Part shown: one piece after another, positions 1 to 9,300 of the stretch
Position numbering within the stretch: the first letter of the stretch is position 1
Layout: each line of letters starts with the position of its first letter
Assembly: GCA_964188305.1 (NCBI GenBank)
Contig: OZ076885.1
DNA length: 64,000 nt
Strand: one strand, 5' to 3'
Source: Podarcis bocagei
Lineage: Eukaryota
Made by a program: the position numbers and the translations under genes
The notes under the pieces: generated by a model
What the model saw: only the letters and a program-made list of their open reading frames with translations
Database searches by the model: none
What the model was told of the DNA's origin: nothing

Positions 1-742
1 CCCTGCTCCTGAACAGAGTTTGAAATAGGCATGTAAATTATGCTGGCTTCCTACAGTTTGGATTGCTCTGCCTACCGTATAGAAGAATTACAATCATAGA
101 AACATTTCTTACTCAACCTTCGAAAATGCTCCTTTCCCTTGATAATACTGCGAGGGTGGCAGACAAGTCCTTTTATAAGCAAAACGCCCCCAGCACATTC
201 ATCCTTACTGACGATATCCGACATTTATCCCTAAGTATTCTAAGGAACACAATTAATCTGTAGGAGATTTGAGAATGTAATCCAATATATTAGCTTTACA
301 AGTTGTATTCAAGTTATGCTCCTTATTTATTAGAGCCTAGAAAAACCCATTTTTTTATTTTAATTTCTGTTATTTCTGTCAATGTAGTCAGCCAGAAGAT
401 GTCACAGTCTATCTCTGCTCTTTATCTGAGAAAGATTCTTCAGTACATTGACAGATGAAATGAATTAGCACTGCAATCCCTGTCTGGGGATTGGCATGGC
501 TTAATGGAGGCTGACAGGGCTGGAAAGAGGGGTCCTTTGCCCAATCCAATATCTCCCCCCCCCCACCAGCCTAGTGTAAAGCAGGGTGGATTGCAATTTA
601 AGTTTCCATTTATATTTAGGGCTAAATCTTATGGTAGTGCTTGAAAATTAAAGAAATAGTTAATGTGGTTTCCAATAAAACAGTTTTTTAGCTTGATAAC
701 ACATATATTTTACCTGAACAGACAAAGAAAAATAATGCTCAC

Positions 743-834
743 ATCTTTTGCGTATATTCGTCATATGCCAAGATTTTGATAACTTCCCAGTTTCCTGATG
801 TCAGATGTCTTATACTAAATTGTTCACTCTTGGT
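743..834 (-). CDS. DPP10: DPP10 coding exon (~exon 14), 92 bp, TKSEQFSIRHLTSGNWEVIKILAYDEYTQK(I)
   Basis: Minus-strand translation matches recalled human DPP10 SKSEQITVRHLTSGNWEVIKILAYDETTQKI. Acceptor ttcttgcag, donor gtgagc, phase 0 in / 2 out. Confidence 0.95.
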
Positions 835-1306
835 CTGCAAGAAAATAAACAAAAATAATAATAGGTATGTCAATGTCAATGTCCCCACTCCTCTCTCCCC
901 CCCCCAAATGATTTTCTGTTGCCTCCTGAATTACCTGTAAATATGATTATAATGGCATTTTCAAATGTACAAGTTTAATGTACACAAAATGCACATTAGG
1001 AAGACGGTGATCATGATCCTGTGCATGAAAGGCATTGCATTCCAAGCATAAATATCTAGCTTGAGCCAGAGATAGATGATCAAAAGTCATTTTGTGCAAT
1101 GAGGGCTTTCTTGACTTGCATGCAAAAATGCTACTCTGGCAGGACCTTTGGGAACAGCATTTCATGGGGTATTGTGGAACTGCTGCAAGATGTAGAAATT
1201 GGGGGAGGGGAATGGGGGGGGGCTACTGTGAGCAAGTTTCTGCTCTATCTGCTTCTGAAAAACATCCCTGGATACAAGCCAGGCTGCATTTTTGAAGGCT
1301 GCTAAT

Positions 1307-3400
1307 ATGAAATCAGAACAAACAACAACTTCACAACACAACACCTCTCAACCCACTGGAGAACAACAACCACCCTCCCAACAGAACACTGACCACCAAC
1401 TACCACTGAAAAAGTGTTACACAAAAAGGGACTCCACATGGACCCCTCCTGATGGACGCAATACCACACTGGACTTGTACATTGACTGCTTCCGCCACAG
1501 AATCCAAACAGATGTAACCAGAAAACACCATCGCTTACAACAAAATCTAAACCATGCTGAAAGGAGAGCCACTGATAATCTCAGAAACAACCCAAACATT
1601 ATAATTAAAGAAGCAGACAAAGGGGGAGCTATCGTCATCATGAACAAAACTGACTACATTCAGGAGGCTCACAGACAACTTTCCAATACCGCCTTTTACA
1701 CAAAATTGGACTCAGACCCCACACAAGAATACAAGAAAGAACTGAACAAGATTGTTAAGGAGCTACCCCCACACATCCAAGAACAGATCCTCACCAACAC
1801 ACCAACAGAACCTCGACCAGGAACTTTCTATCTTCTACCTAAAATACACAAACCAGGAAATCCAGGACGCCCCATCATTTCAGGTATTGGCACTATTACA
1901 GTGGGTGTCTCCGGTTATATGGACTCTGTTCTGAAACCATATGCCATCAGTGCTCCCAGCTATGTACGTGACACCACAGATTTTCTGAGGAAAATACAAT
2001 CTTTAAATAACCTTCCCAACAATACTATACTAGCTACTATGGACGTGGAATCCCTGTATACCAACATCCCACACAACGATGGTTTACAAGCTATAAGGAA
2101 CACCATTTCAGATAAAACCACAGCGGACCTTGCCACCAAACTCTGCCAATTTGTCCTTACCCACAACAACTTCAAATTCGGTGATGACCTGTTCCTTCAG
2201 ATCAGCGGCACAGCAATGGGCACCCGCATGGCCCCACAGTATGCCAACATCTTCATGGCAGATTTAGAACAACGTTTCCTAAACTCCTACCCACTCAAAC
2301 CTCTCTTGTACCTGCGATACATTGACGATATTTTTATCATCTGGACACATGGTCAACAGACCCTGGACACCTTTCACCAGAAATTCAATGATTTTCACCC
2401 CACAATCAACCTTACAATGAATAATTCTATGCAAGAAATACATTTTTTGGACACTACTATAAAAATACAGGATGGACGCATAGACACCACCTTATACCAT
2501 AAACCAACTGACCGACAAACATATCTACATGCCTCCAGCTACCATCCCAAACATACCAAACAGTCCATTGTATATAGCCAGGCACTACGTTACAGCCGCA
2601 TCTGTTCCAATTCTACAGACAGAGACTCTCACCTAAGAGATCTACAGCAAACCTTTTCAGAACTAAAATACCCAGCAGATGAAGTTAGACAACAGATCAA
2701 CAGAGCCAGACTGATACCCAGAGAGAACTTGCTGCAAGACAGACCCAAAAAAGAAAATAACAGAACACCACTAGTCATCACGTACAGCTCCCAAGTTAAA
2801 ACAGTTCAACGCATCATCAGAGATCTACAACCTCTCCTGGACAATGACAGTTCTCTTTCTCAAGCTCTGGGAGGAAGACCTTTCATTGCCTACAGACAGC
2901 CACCCAATCTTAAACAACTCCTAACCCACAATAATACTACAACCAGACTTAACACGGACACTGGCACCAGAGCCTGCAATAAACCCAGATGCCAACTTTG
3001 CTGCCACATACACCCGGACAACACCATTACTGGCCCCAACAACATCACACATACCATCTCGGGACTATTTAATTGCTCATCGTCTAACATTGTGTATGCC
3101 ATCAAATGCCAACAGTGTCCTTCAGCTCTCTATATTGGACAAACAGGCCAAACCTTACGCCAAAGAATAAACGGACATAAATCTGACATCAAGAATCACA
3201 AAACAGAGAAACCAGTAGGAGAACACTTCAATCTCCCAGGACATTCTATACAAGATCTCAAAGTAGCTGTTTTACTACAAAGGAATTTCAGAAATAGACT
3301 GGAAAGAGAAGCTGCTGAATTGCAACTCATTACCAAACTTAAAACAATGGAGAGACCTGGTCTGAACAGAGACATTGGATTCTTATCTCATTATACATGA
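1307..3400 (+). CDS. PLE reverse transcriptase - Cys-rich linker - GIY-YIG endonuclease (697 aa from ATG 1307; native N-terminus probably missing)
   Basis: RT motifs KEADKGG, FYLLPKIHK..GRPIIS, LATMDVESLYTNIP, GTAMGTRMAPQYANIFM, YLRYIDDIF, FLD and YHKPT..YLH.SS.HP. Linker CNKPRCQLC. Endonuclease NIVYAIKC..C..LYIGQT..LRQRINGH..E..GLN. No internal stops or frameshifts. Confidence 0.93.
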   Translation: MKSEQTTTSQHNTSQPTGEQQPPSQQNTDHQLPLKKCYTKRDSTWTPPDGRNTTLDLYIDCFRHRIQTDVTRKHHRLQQNLNHAERRATDNLRNNPNIIIKEADKGGAIVIMNKTDYIQEAHRQLSNTAFYTKLDSDPTQEYKKELNKIVKELPPHIQEQILTNTPTEPRPGTFYLLPKIHKPGNPGRPIISGIGTITVGVSGYMDSVLKPYAISAPSYVRDTTDFLRKIQSLNNLPNNTILATMDVESLYTNIPHNDGLQAIRNTISDKTTADLATKLCQFVLTHNNFKFGDDLFLQISGTAMGTRMAPQYANIFMADLEQRFLNSYPLKPLLYLRYIDDIFIIWTHGQQTLDTFHQKFNDFHPTINLTMNNSMQEIHFLDTTIKIQDGRIDTTLYHKPTDRQTYLHASSYHPKHTKQSIVYSQALRYSRICSNSTDRDSHLRDLQQTFSELKYPADEVRQQINRARLIPRENLLQDRPKKENNRTPLVITYSSQVKTVQRIIRDLQPLLDNDSSLSQALGGRPFIAYRQPPNLKQLLTHNNTTTRLNTDTGTRACNKPRCQLCCHIHPDNTITGPNNITHTISGLFNCSSSNIVYAIKCQQCPSALYIGQTGQTLRQRINGHKSDIKNHKTEKPVGEHFNLPGHSIQDLKVAVLLQRNFRNRLEREAAELQLITKLKTMERPGLNRDIGFLSHYT

Positions 3401-3553
3401 CTAAACCATTTCTCACCTTCCCACCCCTTGCCTTTTCCTGTAAGACCTATTACAGTCGTTAAGAGTCGTCAACAGGCCCATCAGGCTCATCTCAGCTATC
3501 TGCCAATCTCCGATTCCCACCACCCTTCTGAGTAATACCCCTCCCCACCTTCT

Positions 3554-3563
3554 CTATATATAG
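3554..3563 (+). promoter_or_regulatory. TATA-like box in the PLE pseudo-LTR
   Basis: CTATATATAG lies about 30 nt upstream of the hammerhead motif. Function is inferred from position only. Confidence 0.4.
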
Positions 3564-3589
3564 AAGGATCTGGCAACTTCTGTTTCAGT

Positions 3590-3627
3590 GTATCTGAAGA
3601 AGTGTGCATGCACACGAAAGCTTATAC
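3590..3627 (+). ncRNA. Minimal type I hammerhead ribozyme motif in the PLE 3' end (pseudo-LTR)
   Basis: GTAT-CTGAAGA-A-GTGTGC AT GCACAC-GAAA-GC-TT-ATAC. Helix I is GTAT/ATAC, the core is CUGANGA plus GAAA, helix II is palindromic, and helix III is reduced to palindromic AGCU. Predicted cleavage is after U3623. Confidence 0.85.
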
Positions 3628-5555
3628 CAAGAACTAACTTAGTTGGTCTTTAAGGTGCTACAGGAAGGATTTTTTTTATTTTGCTAATATGAAGTTCAAG
3701 TGTGTGTGTACATGTGGTGTGCTAATTCATTTCATCAAGGTTTTAATCTATAAAAGTCTAGATATGGTAAATGGCAAGAAAAGAACTGACCAATTTATGG
3801 GGGGCTACCTATGATCTGCCAGTAGCTGACATTCTTTCAAAGAATGCTAAACTTGCAGGTCTTATTCTAATGCAGCAAGACATTTCCTATGTTCTTATAG
3901 AAAAGTAAAAAGAAGAGAAATGCTTGTGGTATCTTGAAGACAAGCAGATGTACACAGAAAGACAAAAGAAATAAATAGTGAATTGAAATGGCACTCATTG
4001 ACAATTGATGTACACAAGGAGTGGGAAATCCCTGTCTCCCATGTTCCCCTGGATGTGAAGGAAAGCCTTCTTTGCCAAAGCAACTATGGAGAATATTAAT
4101 TGGCTTCAAAATCTGTCCTGTCCTTCCCTTCCCCCCTTCAAACTAACTGTGGAAGAAAGTGGACTTAGAGCTGGTAATATCTTTGGGTTTGTCCCTCTTG
4201 ACTCTTGAAGAGATTTGGGAAAGAGGTATGTTCAGAGACAAGAATGCATTCCATTTGGTCACATTTGAGAAGTGGGCCAAATGTGTCACTTAAAGGATAA
4301 AGGGACACTTAAGCCAACCATGGTCAGAAAACCCAAGTTGCAAATAATAATAATTCAAGGGCATAATCTTGTGTTAATATAATAGCAACTTATTTTTATG
4401 CACAACCATGCATTTACTGGAAACTGCAGAACTGGCACATACGCTCAAGCCTTGTGTCTTTCTGAAAAGACTCGGTATTAATTTCCTTCAATCCTCAGTG
4501 ACACTCTGGCTACAAGCCACAATGCTATGCGCCCTTAAAATAGCTTATTCCTGTGGGATTCAGTGGAACCAACGTTACACTTTGTCAGTCATTTCTATTT
4601 TTCATGAAAGTGATCTACCTATGCAGAGGAACTAGAGCAATTTCCAGCACCAGAGAAGTATACTGTAGTGCTATCCTGATCACGAAAATTAGGCAGCCGC
4701 ACCATGTGAGCTACTTGTTCACACAGCAGGGTATTCACATTACTCATGTGAGACTACTGCAAACGTGAGAGGACAGCAGTGGAGAAACAGCAGAGAAAAT
4801 GTGATCTGTAAATTAACCTTAAGTAAGTCTACTCACTTTGTGGTTTGGGAATATGTTTCTTTTTGTACCTAGTTCTATGTGATAAAAGTCTAATGAAAAT
4901 AGAATTCTATTGTATACAGATATTTTAAATTCCATATACATTTTAATTCCTATGCATCTCAAATAAAATCAATATATGATGCTAATTTTAATCAGGACTA
5001 CGCAAAGCTTCTCTGAGGCTTGGGCCAAAACTTTGCTGGTCTCTTCCTATCCAAGAAATAAGGCACCTATGTACATGGAATTCTATCATACAATACTCCT
5101 TTTAAGCCCCACGTGGAAGGCATGAGCTAACAGTGGTTCCTCGTCCTATTTAAAGCAGCCTTATTTCTTATTGCAGCAACAGTGAATTGGTTAGGGTGGG
5201 AAACCATTTGAAAGTGTTGTAGTTACTGAAAGGGAATTATAATTACCTCCTTTGTCAGTGGCTTTTGAAAAGGATCATGTAATATTAACCCAGGAAAAAA
5301 AGTTTTCTTACTTCTTCCTTAGTGTTTAGTGCAGCAAAGGTAAACAGTGGTCTAAATATGATAGCAATTTGACCCCACCTCTCTCTCTGTCCCAGAAACA
5401 GATGTGTAGTGCAATGCAAAGAGGTTTTCCATCACTACAATCCCCCAGCATCCCTCAAAACTGTTGCTGCTCTTGAAGTTCTCCCTGGAATGTCAAGTGA
5501 TAGGGCCATGAGAGGCTCACATGGAATGGAGAAACTGAGAATTTGGTGGGGCTGC

Positions 5556-6169
5556 CACAGAATCATGGAATGGGAGAGTTGGAAGGGGCTGCAAAAGTCA
5601 TCTAGTCCAATCCCCTGCAATGTAGGAATCTTTTGCCTAATGTGGGGCTCAAACCCATGACCCTGAGGCTAAGAAGGAGACTTGGATCCAGAATGTGGCA
5701 GCTAGACTGGTGACTGGAAATGGCTACCATATATATATATAACATCGGGCCTAAAGGATCTTTGTTTGCTCCCAGTATGTTCCCGAGCATGATGCAAAGT
5801 GTTGCTGCTTTAAAGCTCTAAATGGCCTCAGCATCTCCATCTGCATTGTTCAGTCTGGACACTGAGATCCAGCTCCAAGGGCCTTCTGGTAGTTCCCTTA
5901 CTGCGAGAAGTGAAATTACAGGGAACCAGACAGAAGGTCTTACTGGTAGTGGCACCCACCCTGTGGAACGCCCTCTCATCAGATGTCAAGGAAATAAACA
6001 ACCATTTGTGTTTCAGAAGCCAACTGAAGGCAGCCCTGTATAGGGAAGTTTTTAGTGTTTGATGTTTTATTGTTTTTAATATTTTGTTGAGAGCCACCCA
6101 GAGTGGCTGGGGCAACTCAAACAGATGGGCAGCTTATTCTTATTCCCATGCTCTACCAAATGAGCTATC
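5556..6169 (-). mobile_element. tRNA-derived SINE with CR1-type tail, split into 5556-5674 and 6144-6169 by an L2 fragment
   Basis: Minus strand reads GATAGCTCATTTGGTAGAGCATGG (A box) ... TCTTAGCCTCAGGGTCATGGGTTTGAGCCCCAC (B box), then a CR1-like tail ending in ATTCCATGATTCT. Confidence 0.7.
5675..6143 (+). mobile_element. Degraded L2-clade LINE 3' fragment
   Basis: Remnant L2 ORF2 motifs IQNVAARLVTG and FKALNGL, then CTGTGGAACGCCCT and a 3' tail similar to the one at about 26660-27030. Confidence 0.65.
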
Positions 6170-7406
6170 AGGTGGATTGTGGCAGAACAGAGTCTAAAAC
6201 AAAGATGTGTGCTCCCAAGACCACATTCCTAGCATGTTCACACTCTTGTTTCAGCAACATCTATGCTGGCTTGGTCATGTCCACAGAATGGAAGATGGCA
6301 GGATCCCCAATGAGGTGTTCTATGGGTAGCTGGCTTCAGGCACCAGGCTTGCTGGCCGACCAGCTCTGTTATAAAGTCATCTCTGGTTCCAAGCATTATA
6401 CATATACATTTTTATGAGATTCCATTCAGAAGGACTAACATTTCAGTAAATGTTAATAGGATCTGAGCAACTGAGATTCACCCTGCCTATGGAAAGAATG
6501 CTAGAATATCTCTTAATTACTATTAAAAATGTAATGAACTTAATAAAAAGAAAATAAGGTGTTCCAGCATTATCCAAAGTATAACACACAGGGGAAAGCA
6601 TTAGAAGCATTCACTGACAGATCACGATAATCACGCAAAGCTTCAGTACTGCCGCTGTGGCTTCCCATGACTTTTTAAATCCCATGACATTTCACAGAAT
6701 GTTCCTCTAATTACTACAGAAACATTAAATGAAATGCCACAGACAGTTGTCATATATTTCTGTCAGTACAAATGTATAAAGTACAATAAATGTGCACTTT
6801 AAAATCTACAATCTCAAGATCAATAGAATGGTATATAGGAGCAACATATCAGGCGGTGGGGAAACACACTGAAAATACAAATCCAGCACATACACTTCAA
6901 AGTCAAGTCAACACATTCCTCAACAGACTTTGGCTGAGTCTAGACTTGCAGCAGAATGAAGTGGGTTCTTTAAACTACTGGTGGGCAATAGCACGTTTGA
7001 TAGTGACCTCATACAAAGCAAAAACAAAACAAAACAACCCTCCACATATGGCCCCATGGCCTACCCTCTCCAAGTCTGCTCTGGAGGGGAGGGTGGACTC
7101 CCAGAACTGTGCATGTGGGGAGGACAGGGTAGATTATTTTGGCAAGCAAACAGAAATGCTTGCACTGATCAAACATTCTTCTTAATGTTAGGGTGAATGC
7201 CTCACAATGCTTCTAGCTCAGCTCTCTGCCTTTTTTTTTTGCTGGTTTTCCTATTTGTGCTACATTTTTAATGTAAGGAAGCAATAAAAAAATGTGATCT
7301 CCAACTAGTAATATATTATTTCACCATACTACCACACACTGCACCCTACCGTCTCATTCTGCTGAATGTGTAGACCAGGTCTCTGTTTCTTCCAAGTAAG
7401 TACAAC

Positions 7407-7554
7407 CAGTGCTTTTTTCTGTACCCTACTACTGCCACCTCCCCCCCCACACACATGTTAAAAGCGTGGCACTTACTGTAACAACTTCATGGAAAGTACT
7501 GGCACCTTTTTTTCAAACAAAACAAACAAACAAACAAACAAACAAAAAGCACTG
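7407..7554. mobile_element. hAT-type MITE containing an (AAAC)n tract
   Basis: TIRs CAGTGCTTTTT / AAAAAGCACTG. 8-bp TSD AGTACAAC / AGTACAAT. Confidence 0.75.
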
Positions 7555-7923
7555 AGTACAATGCCCTGAGATACTGAAAATGGTTCCAAATGCTTCATTC
7601 ACTGGCTTCTTTGCAAGTGCTCTTTCATGAAACAGCAAAGGAATCTTTAGTCATTCACCAGCTTTCTTGCCAAATCAAATCACCACATCAACCTGCTGGG
7701 AGGATGCTTTTCATCATTTCAGAGCACAGAACTATGCATCATTTGAAGTGTTCTGTGATTACGATTTTTGTTAATACCTACAAATCAGTGACTAAAATCA
7801 GAATATATTTGGAGTAGCGTGCAACTCAAGGCATCGTACGTCGCTTCATAAGACATTTAAGCAATGGTACAATTAATTACAGACTTGTGCAATTATGAGC
7901 TTGAAATTGTGAAATAAACTTAC

Positions 7924-8031
7924 CTGAACATTAAACATGGCAATATGATGGAATTCACCACGACCACCTTGCTTAACAGGAACTGTCATAAAGAATTTAT
8001 TGCCATCTTTAGAAAAAACTGGCTCCTCATT
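7924..8031 (-). CDS. DPP10: DPP10 coding exon (~exon 13), 108 bp, [36 protein letters not shown]
   Basis: Near-identical to recalled DPP10 [29 protein letters not shown]. Acceptor tttatag, donor gtaagt, phase 0-0. Confidence 0.96.
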
Positions 8032-8651
8032 CTATAAAAATGAAATAGAATCAGAATTCTGCAATTTTCTGTTAAGCACTATGCTTGCCCGAGGGATCAT
8101 ATTACACCAATCCTGTAGTAGCTGCACAGGTTACCAATTTACCTCCAGGCACAACTGATAGTATTGGTGGCTCCCTTTAAAGTCCTAAGTGGTTTAAGTC
8201 CAAGATAACTTATGGGCCCCCACCTACCATTCATCTTGCTAACTCCCTAAGATGAGAAATAGGGAGGAATACTCCTAAGGTGGAATCACATCACTATACA
8301 TGTGAAAAGCCTTGTGATCCTTGCCTGGTACATTAAATGTTATTAATTAAGATCTGACAGCTGTATACACCTGACACTGCTCCTATGCACCTGTTCCAGA
8401 ATATCTGCTTGAAATGCCATCCCAATACCCTTGCGAGTTCAGTGTACTTCCAGAATTGGTAATACTTCTGCAGTTACTCCAATGCTTAAAAACCATTTTG
8501 TTTGCTTCTCTTAAGTTAATCTTTAATTCTTTTTCAGATTAATGGATCGACATAGTCTAGTTTAAAATGCGGACATTTACCAACATTTTATTAACAGCTA
8601 ACGTATTAATGATACACATTTTCCATTCAAAGCAATTAATAATGTAAGTAC

Positions 8652-8690
8652 CTGTTTAGAAAGCCACACTTCAGATGTAAACTCATATTT
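8652..8690 (-). CDS. DPP10: DPP10 coding exon (~exon 12), 39 bp, KYEFTSEVWLSKQ
   Basis: Matches recalled DPP10 KYEMTSDTWLSQQ. Acceptor ttatttttag, donor gtactt, phase 0-0, correct order between neighbouring exons. Confidence 0.92.
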
Positions 8691-9054
8691 CTAAAAATAA
8701 ATATATATAAAGTTATAAAATACATATACAAAATCTTGCTAATTGAAAATCATTGCATTTTGCATTTTCCTCTGTTACCTAGTTAAAATGCCACACAAAC
8801 AGGAATAGCAGCAGGTTGCACTTTGAACCACATAGTTCCTATAACACAGGCAATTAAGATGGCCTTTTTTAGAGAGCGCGCACATGCAATTTCTTTGTTG
8901 AAACACTGCCTTTTGATTTATTTCCAGGCATCAAAGTGCTGCTGCTGACCTTTGTTTAGGATGCTGAAGAACCACTTTTCCCTGCTGGAGTCTGCTTGCC
9001 AATTGGGCTAATCTTTGGAAGCTCTCCTGTGTGTCTCAACATCCCCAGAAATAT

Positions 9055-9300
9055 GAAGAAGAAGAAGAAGAGTTTGGATTTGATATCCCGCCTTTCACTC
9101 CCCTTCAGGAGTCTCAAAGCGGCTAACAATCTCCTTTCCCTTCCTCCCCCACAACAAACACTCTGTGAGGTGAGTGGGGCTGAGAGACTTCAGAGAAGTG
9201 TGACTGGCCCAAGGTCACCCAGCAGCTGCATGTGGAGGAGCGGAGACGCGAACCCGGTTCCCCAGATTACGTGACTACCGCTCTTAACCACTACACCACA
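9055..9300 (-). mobile_element. Young tRNA-derived CORE-type SINE (Squam3/POM-SINE-like)
   Basis: Minus strand has A box GTGGTGTAGTGG, B box GGTTCGCGTCTCC, CORE-like GCTGGGTGACCTTGGGCCAGTCAC and a (CTT)n tail. CpGs are retained. Confidence 0.85.

Larger units (their letters stand above)
1312..3681 (+). mobile_element. Penelope-like retroelement (Neptune type), 5'-truncated, in a DPP10 intron, antisense to the gene
   Basis: Encodes RT + GIY-YIG. Bounded by a perfect 12-bp direct repeat TGCTAATATGAA at 1300-1311 and 3682-3693. The 3' end has a TATA-like run, a hammerhead motif, ...GGTCTTTAAGGTGCTA and a T-rich junction. Confidence 0.95.

Noticed and set aside
1-742. Next downstream DPP10 exon (YFLSTE...RQLYS-like) and a mildly CpG-rich stretch at 63-260
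   Set aside because: There is no convincing match with splice sites, and the short frames resemble nothing I recognise.
9055-9300. tRNA gene
   Set aside because: The A and B boxes belong to a SINE head followed by a CORE domain and a simple-repeat tail, with no full cloverleaf.
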